A stretch of 64,000 nucleotides of DNA, taken from the NCBI GenBank assembly GCA_907165135.1, contig OU015569.1:10602001-10666000 (forward strand), in the 5' to 3' direction. The notes under the pieces are model-generated. The model saw only the letters and a list, made by a program, of their open reading frames with translations. It had not been told where the DNA came from and ran no database searches. The position numbers and the translations under genes are program-made. The stretch is from Oikopleura dioica (Eukaryota; Animalia; Chordata). Every line of letters begins with the position of its first letter. Position 1 is the stretch's first letter. Positions 36,725 through 49,490 of the stretch are shown piece after piece.

Positions 36725-39700
36725 CTAATCCGAGTCAAGGCAGATTACTTCATCATTGTCTGGTGGAGGAGCGGCGGCACGACGGCGTTGTCTTCGATTC
36801 CGCGCTTCGATTCGCCAGCGTTCGTCTTCGTCTTCCTCTGAGCTTTCTTCTTCTGCGACTTGCTCGTTCATGTATTCACCGAGGCCGTGTTCTTGGTATC
36901 TTTGGGCAAAAAGTTGTCCTATCGGCATGTGGTCTTCCTCATCCTCAAGCGCCATCATTCTTTCGTTTTGCTCCTCTCTTTCAAGCCATTCTGGATAAGT
37001 CATGTTAGTCCCTTCGTAACGACCTTGGCGATTCCACGACTCCCAGTGATGGATATTCTGTGCATTGATATTGTATATATTCCAATCTTCGCCCGAATCA
37101 TCACTGTCGCCTTCTGGATCATCACCGTACATGTCCATGTTATGCTCAATTTCGTCTTGTGTTTCTGGAATAACGTAGACCTCGTTTCCATTTACAGTAC
37201 TCTGCGTTTCTGGAACAAAGTCAACACTATCCTGAGATCCCTGAGAAGACATAACGTAAAAGCTCTCTTCCTGAGAACTTTGAGAATTATCCAAGCTGGA
37301 TTTTTCCTGAGACGAGGCTTCTTGAGAAGAGGTAACTTCTCCCATTTCATTTTCATCGTGCATGTCAACTTCAAAACAGTTCTCAGAGTCATTCGTCGAG
37401 TCATTTACAGCAATAACCTCTTCTTCAACAACTTGTGCCTCTTCCTCTACATCGTCCCAAAAGTTCATCGGATCCTCCTTTGCACCTTCTTCCACTTCCT
37501 GGCTGTCCGGAACAGAAAAGTTTTGAAGATCGTCATCTTGATCTTCCACAGTAATGGTAGAATCGTTCAACTGCGAGCTATCTTCTTCGTCGTCGTTCGT
37601 GGATTGAGACGACATAATTCCAAGAAGATCTCGAACTTCATGCGGTAGAAGCTGAGGACCCTGGGGAACTTCTTCGCTGTTCATATCGGAAACGGCATTT
37701 TGAGTCGGTGATTCTGCACGTGTACTTTGCGTTTCAGGAATGACTGATTCAGAAAGGATGCTTCCCTGACTTCCTTGAGTCATTTCAGGATCCCAGGGCT
37801 TTGGTATGTCAGGGTGTGGCTGTTCTTGGCTATCAGGAGCCAGGACAGGCGCATAGACCCACTCTTTCCGAGGACTAAGTAGTTCATCGTTTTTTGGGAA
37901 GGAAACTGAGCCCATAGATCTTGCTCATCATCGTCTACTTGTGAGGAAGGTCCAGGCTCGTCCTGCTCGGCAGTGTTCCTATTATCGCGCTCAGAATCAC
38001 TCTCTGATTCTGAAAGTGCCATTCTACTCTCGTCTTCATCTATAAAAGAAATTAATGGAGAGCGCGCAAATAAGAAACATTATACCAAGTCGTTTTTTCG
38101 GCCCAGAAATTAGAGGATTATCGTAAATACGTCCTGGTGCGGCACTACATTCGTCATCCGAAACAGCCATTCCGGCGGTTTTGTCTCGCGATGGCTTGAA
38201 AGAATCGCGACTATCGCCAGCGAAGAGACCATCATTACTTTGAGCAGCGTCGGAAGCCGACATGCCCTAGGAAATAGAGTTAGAAAAACCTTTTCTAAGA
38301 ACCAAAAAAAGACCTCGTTCAGATCGGTTGGTCCTTTAGAGAAAACATCAGACATATCCGAAGGCTCAAAATCGATCGGCTCGTTATCTGGCTCCTCAAG
38401 GTCGATCATGTCCGACGGGTCAAAGTTGACTTCTTCAGGTTCCATATTTTCGTACTCTTCTTTGATTTTATCCCGGTGTTTCTTAGAAATCGCAACCATT
38501 AGCTCGATCTCGGTGAGTTTAGTGTCGAGCTCAGCTTGAAGGATCTTTTTCTCGTGCTCCATGAACGTCAGATCTTTCGGTCGTGGTTTCGACTGCACCA
38601 TTGCTCGCAATGTCTCCATTTCTTGAACAAAACGGTTAAAATGAATTGTTCAAATCTAAGCTGACCTTGGAAGCGCTCGAAGTCTTTCTTGAGTGTGGCA
38701 ATAGTCCCCTTCGCATCAACAAGGGTTTGCTTGCTCCTCGAGATCTCATCCTCGAATTTAGACTCAACGCCCTTAAAAAGCGTTTCAATCGTAACGGCTG
38801 TTTTCATTTCATCGACAGACGTATCCATTCTTTCCGAGTCACTTTTTGCGAAGAGATCCGCCGAGTTCGTAGATGATTGTATAGAATTTTTACTGGTAGT
38901 TTTTTCGACAGCGGGAGGAGCTGCCGCTTCTAGTTCCCGGGGCTTGTGGAAGCCGTACTTTTTGGGCATTTTCGGCGACTTTCTCTCGATTCGCTTTAAC
39001 TCTTTCCTTAAAGATCTTATAAAAACTGCCACTGAGCAGAAGTAATAAAAGTACCTTACTAAAGGCAAGGGTTGATATTTTCTGAAAAGACGATCGTCGA
39101 CCGTCACACTCTCCCGCCCTTCTTTGACGAAGTGCAGTCGCATCAGTTTACTCTCGACGATTTTCGAAATGATATCTGACCAAGGGAAGATCTTTTCTTT
39201 CTCGAAGCCTTCTTCCTGATTATCATCGTTGAATTTACGATTGAGAACACGGGAGATTTGGACCTGCAGCGTTGTTGTAAATAGCTTGTTCTTTTCAAGG
39301 TATTTCCAAACGACGCTGAGGCACGATTCTGGATCGCGCTTTTTCGCACTGCTATCAAGGCTGATTGGCGGGAGTTTCAAATCTTTTAAAACTAGAAAGA
39401 TGTATAAAGAAATGCGATGGTGATGGATGAATTTACTTGAAATGTGTCGCGAAGAAATTGTGGGGCCAAACACAAGGCCTGTTTCAACAAGTCGCTGAGG
39501 GTAGTGGAGATCGAGCCCATCCATGCTCATTCGTCGGATCATCTGCTCAATTAGGTTGTTGTACCAGGCAAGGACAACTTCTGGCTTTTGATTGATGCGG
39601 ACGTGGCTGTATCCTTTTACCAAACCGTCCATGCATCTCAGTCCACTGTCAGTATCGACAATGACTGAAAATAGGTGTAAGTGAAACTGCTTTACTTGTT

Positions 39701-42700
39701 AAAAGAATTTACCTCGTTCGAGAAGCTTGACATAAGGCATTCTGGTGAAATTCTTGGGCTTTGTGGAAAGAAGGATATCAGTCAGATGCGACTCAATATT
39801 CAAGTTCGTTTCCTCCTCGTTGCTAAAGTCGACGACGATATCAGCTTTGCTCGACGTTCCAAAGTATACTTCTTCGTCGAAAACAAGACCCTCTTGAGGC
39901 CCAGAGTTTGCAAGCTCGAGATAGATGAATTTTGAACGGCTAAATATAATATGAGATGAAAACGAAAATAGTGAAAATCGTACGTTCCAAGAATGCCAGA
40001 AGTAGGGAATTTCTTTTCCAAATAGTTGTAGACATTTTTGTCATCCGTATAAAACGAGAAACTTGCGACAAAATTGTTCAACCGGGGATTGATGTTCTCG
40101 ACCAAATGCTCGAGGTAAAACTTTGAGACATCCATATCAGGGTAAACGATCGCGTACAAATGAGACTGTCTAACTTCCTTCTTGCAATTCCTCCGAGCTC
40201 GATCAATCGTCATTTTCATAAACTCCTCGTTTTGTTGAGAAATTTCTTTTAAGATGTTTCGTTTGCCTATTCTGGGCGTTGCAGCACGAGCCTTACGTTT
40301 ACTAAAGCAACACTTGTTCGAAAAAATATATAAAAATCATTACCTAATCGCAATTCTGGTCCGACGAAGCCACCAAAGGGCCGCTTGCTTCGAAATTCGA
40401 TCGCGTCTTCTTTGCCGGACAGCAGCAACTTTTTCTCTATGCACTCTCCTGACTGTCGCGATTTCTTCAAGAAGCATTAACTTGACATCTTCGGCGACAA
40501 CTTCTTCCATAATGTTTTGTCTTTCCATAAGCGCCGTATTTTCGCAAATGGCTCTATTCCTAGTGGCGATTGCTTCGTCTACATTTTCCTCAACAAACGA
40601 TGAGATGAAATTCCCGATCGCATGGTCGACCATGTTCGAAATGCTTCGCTGCAGAAATTGCTCTTTCCACTCTTCCTTGAGTTGGCGAATACGCTCCTTC
40701 TCTTCCGCGATTTGGTTCTTCATCTCTTCTTCTCGCAAGCGCTCCTGGAGAAGCATATTTTTGTAAATACGCGTTACTTCCCAACCGATGTGATCGTCGA
40801 TTATCAAATTCATAGTGTCGTTGATTTGTTTAGCGACGACTTTTTCTTCGATCCGCACTCCGGAAGCGATTTCGCGCAATTGCCCGTCGACGACATCGTT
40901 CGTAATCTCTTCTTCCATCTCCCTAGCAGCGATATTCTCAGGTAGGTTTTCCATCATGTCGCTTCTATTTTGCGCGTCCTCTTCAAGCTTGGCTCGGACG
41001 TTTTCAATGATGTCATTTGCGCTCTCTATCAGCCGATCGGAGCGGGGAGGAAGGAGGAAGAGGGTTTGTAATTCCTCGACGACCATGGCTTCAGGTGCAA
41101 ATCGATTCCCCAGATCAGCTGGCCTGGGGTCCTGTTTGCTGAGAGATCTTCCATGATGTACTTCGATTTCCACTTGGGAAGAGGGACTTCCGGCTCTGCA
41201 ACAAAACTCTTTGCCATTTCAACGATTGAGACTAGGCCATCGTCGTTCGGAAAGACATTGTGCGCCGCCATGTATGTCTCAAAATTAGGATCACTTGCCT
41301 TGAAAAAGAGTGCTTTCTGGAAACACTCCATAGGCAGAACGTTGTTGGCGTAGCCTCGTCGCAAGATTTGCATCGCGTGGTAACGCACGTTTCCCATGTA
41401 TCGATGCAAGATCGAGGCTTCCAGCGCCGTGCACTTGCTAAACTCGTTCCAAAATATGGCATAGTGCCTGAGCATATAAGCGGAAACAATGCGACGGGCG
41501 CGTTTGATCAGTGGATGCGTCTTGAAGCGTATGGGCACACGAGAAAGGTATTTCATCACAGCACCCGAGTCGTTCAGATTCAAATAAATCATGTACGCGC
41601 GAAACTCTGGCTCCGCAGCTGAGTACTGGCCTCGGACGGAGATGTCCTGGTAGACGTGCTCAATTGAAGTGAGCGTCTTTTCCAAGTTTTCATCGTTGAT
41701 CCGCTGGTCCCAAAAGTCTTCAAGAACCATGCTATGCGAGCACCAGATGTGATATCGCGCCACGGTTTCAAGCACCTGCGCCGTTTTCAAACAAGACATG
41801 TGCTGCTGCGTAATGTCTTTTCGAATAGCGCGTGTGCGCTTCCACATGAAATCGTACCAAACATCAGCCCCAATTTCCTCAATGACATCTTCTGTGCAAA
41901 CTTCGGAGCAAAAATACCAGCAGCAATCGAGCAACGTGCTCGCTGGGCGCAACTCGTTCGGAAGGGACTCTTCGGTATCTGCAGCGGATCGCTGGTAAAC
42001 CTTGATGCACTTTTCGATAGCGATTTGTCCGTGCTCGTTCATTTCCAACACGGAGATATCCTGCTGAGTCCATCGTCGATAGATTTCTTTTTCCGGACAG
42101 AGATCGGCGCAGATTCCAACCTGCGCGCCTTCTCGCAACTCCTGTATCAACACATCACGGACGGTTTTGTCACGCGTTTCCAGAATTTTGAAGCGCTTCT
42201 CGGCTAGGTCAATATCAATCGCGTCTGGGTTCTTCGCCAGTGACGCGGCTTGGGAGCGTTTACTTCCGTCAGCTTTAGATTTACTGGATTTCAAGAACGA
42301 GGCAAAGCCAGACGGTTCGGGCGAAGCGCGGTTCTTGGTTTTCTTTTTACGAGAGTTGATGATTATTTCCGACTAGTTTCCATGAGGAATGGATTAAGCA
42401 GTGGCCCGCTGGAGCACAGACGCTTTATAACTCATGAAATGTCAACTTATTCCGATGGAAAATTGCCCATCATGTCTCAAGCTTTGACGCAAGAACTCTT
42501 TCCTGGCCAAATGAAGTCACCGGAGAATCCAACTGTATTTCGGAGTTCAACGGTTTCTTTCCAAAGATATTTCCTCTATTTCTTAACGAGCTCAATAAGC
42601 AGTCGATGAAAATTATTTCACTAAATTTTTCATGAAATAAATATATTTGAATAAGTTTTGGGCCCGTTCCTTGGATCCGATTCTGCTGTTTCAGGTGCAT

Positions 42701-44327
42701 CAAACGGTGAGTTACTTCGTTCATTTCTGTCGATAGTTCTTGTTATCTTTACTGGTTGAAGCTCCTCCTCCGATGATTTTTCCATCTGTCGCTTCTTTTG
42801 CTCATTCAGTTGCTTGGCATATACAGCGTTCGTGGAGCTTCCAAATGTGTCAAAAGCAGCGTCGGAGGATCCTGTCATCCCAAACGGGTCGGACTCGGGG
42901 ACAGAAAAGACATTCTCGCTAGATATAGATTCCAACGATTTTTCCTCTTTTCCTCCCTTGTCTCGCCCAAAGCGAACTTTTAGCGACGGAAACTGGTTCT
43001 CGATCCTAGCTCGCGCGTCTGCCGCATCTTTGGTGTTACGAAAGAACAGCTTCAACGCTTTCTTGAGTGGAACTGGAGCGACTTTTTCCAGGCCAGGTGG
43101 CTTTAGCACATTTTTAGCAAAATCGCGCATGATGTCTGAAATTTTGAAACTTGGATGAATTGAGTGTTATTATCAGTCAACTACCTTTGTTGACGCACAC
43201 TTTGGGATCGAGGTCTTTCACTAGAAGAATAGAAGAAGTATGAACTGGATCAAACTTCTCGGCAGGTTGTTGTGCCGCAGCTTTAGTTCTTTCAGCGCCG
43301 GAGAAGCTACCAAATACCGGCTTCTTTGTCGCTTCTTTGCGGAAGGATTTATATAATCAAAAATTTGAAAGAACGGTATAATAGAACGTATGATGCATGT
43401 AATATGTAATCATAGATAGCACGGTAAAACATTTCTAATTTATCAAATTAATGCTAATTTCTAATATCCTGTCGAAATATATTATAAATAGAAGAATTTT
43501 TTCTAAGGGAAGTTAGAATCTATTACATACATCGTATGTAACCTTAGATAACAAAAGTATGAAGAAAATTCTCCTCCATCCCTTGTTTCCCTCCGCCAAA
43601 CGAGCTGCGCAACTGGAAAGATGTTGCTTTGGGAACATCCGTTCTTGGTTGGCCAGCGGAAAATGACGTCTTCGCGGCGAAAGGATTGCTCTGGGCTGGG
43701 GCGGTAGACTTGAGGCTGAAGGTCGAGGACGAAGAGGATGGCGCAGAAAATGCTGCTTCTGCAGCTTTTGTTGTTTGCGGATTAGTACTGAAGATGTTTT
43801 TCCCGTTTCCGGCAGTGGAGAATTTCAGCGGCGTCTTTGAAGGATCCTCAAGGAAGGATGAAGTATCAGTGGCGATGGTATCATTTGCAGGCGCGTTACT
43901 TCCAAATATAGATGTTGGGCGGAAAGTGAAATCGGACGAAGGTGCTTCCTTTAGATTCATTATTGTTAATCTCAAGATCTTTTGTCTAGTCTTTCTATAC
44001 CTTTTTAACCTCCTTCGCTCCCGCTGTACCGAAGCTACCGCTTGGCTTGAATGAAAAGCCCCCAGATGGGCCACCAGTAGCACTGGAACCGAAGGTGGAA
44101 GAAGCTTTCGCAGAAAACGATGAGCTTGAAGTTGATGATGATGGATTGCCTACACTGGCAAATGGATTGCTAACGAGCCCGGAAGCGAAAGAAGCTCGCT
44201 TGGGAGGCACATCTTCTTCGTTTCCCGAGTCTTCTTTCGATATCCGCTTGCCAAACGTGGCACTAGAATTTTGAAAGGTGCTTCCCGAAGAAGCCGCCTT
44301 AGCAAAAGGATTCGAAGAGCCAAACAT
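36725..44327 (-). CDS. MCM3AP: GANP / MCM3AP (Sac3-family TREX-2 scaffold) with a predicted long acidic SQ/TQ-rich C-terminal extension
   Basis: FG-like N-terminus (FGSSNPF, GGFSFKP), RRM-like region, and Sac3 domain (GICADLCPEKEIYRR, YQRSAAD, RTRAIRKDITQQ, EPEFRAYMIYLNL), then CID-like coil and GYSHV..VLAWYN. Core 38640-44327 is firm; linkage to 36725 relies on predicted introns. Confidence 0.85.
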
Positions 44328-44390
44328 TTACTCACGCATTCTGAAAAAAGGTTATTGAAGACTCAGCATCATTAAATTAATTAAATTAGG

Positions 44391-46312
44391 CTATTTCTGA
44401 GCTTCAGAGTTGGGTTTTTCAGGATCCTCTTTAGGAATAGCGTTCTTATCTTCGATATTTTCCTCTTGTTTCTCGGTTTCTTGAGACTCAGAGACTGATT
44501 CCACCTTCTCGCCTTCCTTTTGGATTGATCCGACTTCTGCATGTTCCTTCGACTCTTTTTCTTGTTTTTCCTCGTTGTTTTCTGCAACTTTCGGAATTGT
44601 CGAGATCGCTCCAGTTTTGCGCTTGTGATACTCTTGCCAGTTGTACTTTTGCCGTGGGAGCCAATCTTTGAAAATGCCAATGTAGCAGTTTTTCTTCAAG
44701 ACTTCGACAAAAATAACATCATCAGTTTTCTTCCAGTCGATGGTCATGTCTGGTCGAGCTTCTAAAGCACACTTTAGCATGATTTAGAGCAGGTTTTTTT
44801 TAGGTCAGCATTTTATAACTCTTTTTTGGCGTGACGTATCTTCAAAATTTAAGTTGGAGGATGTTCCTTGGCCGAAAACAAAAATTTCCACCAGACCGGA
44901 TTTTTGAACCGACTGGTTATTTCGCGGTAAATTGCGGTTAAAAATTTTAGACCCTCGGGGCAAGTTGTTGGGCACGCAGTTTTCGTGCCCAAAAGAAAGA
45001 GTGAAAAATTTTTAGTCGAACAAAATATATATCAACTAAGAAATATAAGAAAAATGATGTTAGAAACTCCCATAAATGGTGCGTATAAACAGCTGATTTG
45101 AGCATATTTGGGTTCATTTCCGGTGATATTTTAACCGGTTGCTAGCTCTCATCAGATCACGGTTTTAGTATTGATAAACTCAGAATTTCTCGCGCTTTCT
45201 TTTGGGCACGAAAAGTGCGTGCCCAACATCATGCCCTGAGGGCGTAAAAATTTATAACCGCGATTTACCGGGAAATAACCAGTCGGTTCAAAAATCCGGT
45301 CTGGTGGAAATTTTTGTTTTCGGCCAAGGAACATCCTCCAATTTAAATTTTGAAGATACGTCAAGCCAAAAAAAAGTTATAAAAATGCTGACCTAAAAAA
45401 AACCTGCTCTTAGTTCATTAACAATCTTACCCTTGACGACTCCAATCACCATCGTTTTGACTGCCTGGCTATCGAGGCTTGAATGAAATCTCGCTCTCGT
45501 CATCACATGATAATCTTTCACATCAGCGGGCATTTCTTTCTCGAGAACGTCCTTGATCGTCTCGGTCATGATTTCTTTTGTGGCAGTGCAAACTCGTTGA
45601 ATCGGTAGAAGACGCTCCAGATGTGAGGGAACACGAAAATTATCCGGCACCTTCTCTGCCAGAATCGTCTCCCACATCGTATTCAAGATGCTTTTGGATT
45701 CTAGCTTTTCATGGCGAATATCCATGAACTAATTCATGGTCGAAAACAATCCAAAAGATCTGGTTTTGTAACCAAAAATATAATGATTTCGACCCTTCCC
45801 AAAGATTGGCTGACTCCCGTTTCGTAAATATGAAAAACCCGATCGTTTTTATCCTCCGAATTAGCTTGAGACTCGGCAAGTAGTTGCTTCTCAATATCAA
45901 CGTGTTCCTCTTCAGTTTCATTATCATCAACTGGCGTACATTCTACCACTCGGTCTCCATTCTGGTCGACGAGTTGAGGATAAACCTGATTGGTGAAGTA
46001 TTTGGCGATGGAAAATGCCTCTCGGTGGCATTGTTTCAGACATTTTCGGCGGTAGGACATGAGAAAACCATGGGTAGTGTCTTTTCATTCGGTTTTCAAT
46101 AAAAAAATACGAAAAAAAAACTGATGAATGGTGCAAATTGACTGAATATCCGCGAAATGCATCGAGATCTAGATTGACTGGTGATTTAAAACCAATATGC
46201 CTTTTGGGTCAACAGAATTGCCAGAATACTTGCATCTTTTAATGTCTTGCGGATCTGTGCCCCCATAAACTTGCTTGTAGTTCATCTTTCTTTTTCCATT
46301 ATTCTTTCCCAT
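44391..46312 (-). CDS. THUMPD1: THUMP domain-containing protein 1
   Basis: HGFLMSY..C..EAF, LERLLPIQRVC, GVVK|EARPDMTIDWKKTDDVIFVEVLKKNCYIGIFKD...KYNWQE and an acidic tail. Intron 1 is GC-AG (46081-46200). Confidence 0.8.
44787..45409. mobile_element. 623-bp PIF/Harbinger (Tourist-like) MITE, ~230-bp TIRs, TTA TSD, inside a THUMPD1 intron
   Basis: TTA|GAGCAGGTTTTTTTTAGGTCAGC ... GCTGACCTAAAAAAAACCTGCTC|TTA, with long inverted arms. A TWA TSD is typical of PIF/Harbinger. Confidence 0.88.
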
Positions 46313-46485
46313 GTTTCTGAAACAATAAAAAAATCAAAAATTGAAAATCAAACTCCTGGGAACTCATCGTTTTCAATAATAGAATAAGTAAAGTACAGAA
46401 TTAAAAGTTTCAAGTAAGGGCAGTTTATTCAGAAAACACATCGATTTTTTTTGTTCACATTCAGAATTTCGGGCAAAACCGGTAA

Positions 46486-49380
46486 TTACGAAAATTCAAG
46501 CTTCAGGGACTTAATTTCTCGGACCAGGTCGTTGATTTTTTCCGATGTATCGGTCAGTGGCCGCATCAGCAGACTTCCCGAAGCAGCACTGCTCTTTTCC
46601 GTCTCCTGAATAGGACATGTTTTAAAAGATCAGTATGAAAAATGACCAGTACCTCTTCCGGAAGAGGAAGCTTATTTGACATCTTCTTCAGTCGACTGAT
46701 GGTCTGTTTATGGACTTGCAATTGCCGCTCCGATTCGCGCAGTTCTTTCGCGGCTTCTTTTTCCGCTTCAGTCATTCTTCCTTGTCCCAGTTGAACCATC
46801 ACGTTCATCAAACGCTCTTCCAGCTCGTTTTGCTTGTCGATGATTGTTTCTACTCGCTCACCTAGCCAGAAATACGTAAAAATCGAATAATGATATTCAA
46901 GGGTGCCTGGGTTCGCCGGTGTCCAACAGTTTACAGTACCTATTCGCTCTGCTGATGATCTAACGTCTTTCTTCAGTGCTTCGATATTGCTCAAAGAGTT
47001 CTTTTGCTCCGTGTAATCTTTCTTCAGCACAGCTACATGTTGGTTAATCGCTTCTCTCGCAGCCTTTCCACGAGCCAAATGTTCTGTCTTCATTTCTGCG
47101 ATCACTTTTGCAACGATTTTGATTTGTTCCTAGATTTTAATGCTCAGAAATGGCTGATTCTGTAGTCATTTTTTACCTGTGTAGAGAGAGAGGCTCCATT
47201 CGCTGGTAATAAATAAGTTGGAGGCTTTGAAAGGACGAGTTTCAGTTTGTCGATTATGCTCTCTGGTATTTTTGGCGGTTTTCTCGATGGGTCAGATTTG
47301 GCAACGCATAGTGCGCTTGGCAGTGAGAGTAGCTAGAATTGAGCGAATCGAGAGAAGATCAATTTTAACAACTCACGGGTATGAAAAAGGCAGATCCATT
47401 AGACATTGAAGAACAGCAGATTGGTCCGTCGAAGCTTACTGAATTGGGAGCTCTGTCAAGACAGAGAGCGGACCCAGTGATCCTGGCTCCTCTTTCGTTC
47501 GCAGTTGTGACGAGAACTTCAATTGTGGAAGGACTAGAATCCGGAATGCGCCCGCTTTCGCGCATTTCATCCACCCAATTGAGCGAGATACAGTTCAAGC
47601 CGCTACAATCACCGTTAAATACAGTCAGAAAAACTCCATCTACTCATACGTTTGGCTAAAGATGAAATATCTCGAATTGCAAGACGCATCCGAGAGGACA
47701 TGTATTTGGTCGTCGAATGAGTCGGAAACAGCCAGTTCGACTTTCTCCACTACAATCGCTTCTTCTTCGATAAACAAAAAGTGCACAGCCATCTTTTCGA
47801 AAAAATGAATTATCAGAAAAAGTTAAAATGGAAGGGAATTACCTCGGCTGTGGCGGCGACGAAAATGTCCTCCTGGATTTGTTGCAACTGGATGTCACCA
47901 GCCAATTCTACATTGCAAACGATATCGTCGTTGATTCTCACGAAGCCGTTTGAAGACACGGTCAGGATTTCTTGTTCTCCAAGCGCTACTATGTCCGTTA
48001 ATTTGTCTCTTACTGAAATTGAGTGCTTCTTAAGATCGAAATCGCTGGAAAAAGACAAACTGTAGTTCTTCAGCGGTATTTTGCTAGAAAAATGGAGCAC
48101 CATTCCTGAAATATTGGGCATTATGACAGGTCGTTGTTTTGGGTCGTCGTATAACAAGACTTCGTTGTTGGATTTGAGGACAATAATTCTTTGGCCGTCC
48201 CACTTTGCTTGAAGAATGTACTCTGATCCTAGCCGTTCTTGGATCGTTACGGGCTGAGTTTCTGGCCTGACTGGGTAGTTGATTGCTGACACTCCAGTAC
48301 TGCTCCACATCAGCAGCGATCCATCCTGGTAAAGAGTTAGAAGATAGACAGTTACAGTTAGTTTACCTCTGAAAATGTCAGGTTCGTAATTCCATGCAGC
48401 GGAATATCGCAAATCTTGGATAATGTCTAAAAACATTCATAAATAACATGTGAGTTGGGGACTTTTTAATGATGTTAAGGTCCTTAACTTAAGGGGGAGG
48501 TCGACGAGAATCGGGATTTTTGTGACCAAAAATGCGCAAAAACCTGCTCAGATAGGCAAATTCTGACTTGTCAGGTAGAAAGAAAAGGGTTTGAAAAATA
48601 CAGCGGCGAAAACTAGAAAAAAAAATTTTTTGAAAAAATTTTCAAAAAATTCGGTCAAAGTCGGGGTATCTCGTAACCAAAAAATCTCGAAAACCGGATA
48701 TTTTTTCTCCATCAAATACAATCAAAAGTAAGTTCAAACCCTTAAAAATACAGCGGCGACAATGAAAAAAGATATGCTTTTCTTGAAAATTTTTTTTCTT
48801 TTGATCAAAAATATGCGATTTTCCTAAATATCGTCATTTTTACCCATTTTTCATAGAGAATTTCACCAAAGTCGAGGAGACTCGGATTTTTTTATTGATA
48901 ATGATTAAGAAACAATAAAAAACAATATCTAGCAAACAAAAGTCAGATTAAAGTTGTTTTTTGGTGAAAAAACTAACTTTAAAATTTCGAAAAATCTCGA
49001 ATTCCAGACAGAAAATCGAAAATTTTCTTAAAAAAAGTTAACCAAAGCGCAAAAAGCTGGAGACCAAAAATGCTCCTTTTTTATGAAGGAATTCAAAAAA
49101 ATAAACAAAATTTTGAAATAACGAAAAAATTTTTCTCGTCGACCCCCTCCTTAAGGAAAGTATTTGAATTACCTGTCGATTATTGAGAGACAGTGAAACA
49201 ACTGTCTCTTGTTCATCAGAAACGCCGTAAAGAATGCCTCTGTTGCAGGCAAGAATGTTCGTCTTCGTCTTCGATTGAATGTCCTAAGCCGAATTTACCA
49301 ATAAGTAGATATTCTAGGATTTTTACCTTGAAAAACTGTGACGAGGAGAGTTTTCTCCTGAGCTCTTCGGGCGAGATCAT
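46486..49380 (-). CDS. NUP88: Nucleoporin NUP88-like (beta-propeller plus C-terminal coiled coil)
   Basis: In-frame exon chain from MISPEELRRKL (49380), propeller segment LQAKWDGQRIIVLKSNNEVLLYDDP, and coiled coil ERVETIIDKQNELEERL...MTEAEKEAAKEL...TSEKINDLVREIK. Confidence 0.65.
48493..49150. mobile_element. 658-bp MITE with TTAA TSD and GG termini (Kolobok-like) in NUP88 intron 2
   Basis: TTAA|GGGGGAGGTCGACGAGAA ... TTCTCGTCGACCCCCTCC|TTAA. RR termini with a TTAA TSD fit Kolobok rather than piggyBac (CCC termini). Confidence 0.8.
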
Positions 49381-49490
49381 CTCTCTGAAAATAGAACTTT
49401 TCTTATCTGAGTTTTATGATCCCTTTTATTAAGATCTAACAGTAAATTTAAAATATACAGGCAGAAATAGGAGACATTTTAAAGTATAAG

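Noticed and set aside
36860-37648. Long hydrophobic + strand ORF (262 aa) and similar antisense ORFs over GANP, DPP4 and SUN
   Set aside because: Antisense shadows of acidic or biased coding sequence on the other strand.
44787-45409. Harbinger MITE as an intron-gain event
   Set aside because: It sits within a pre-existing GT-AG intron whose splice sites lie outside the element.
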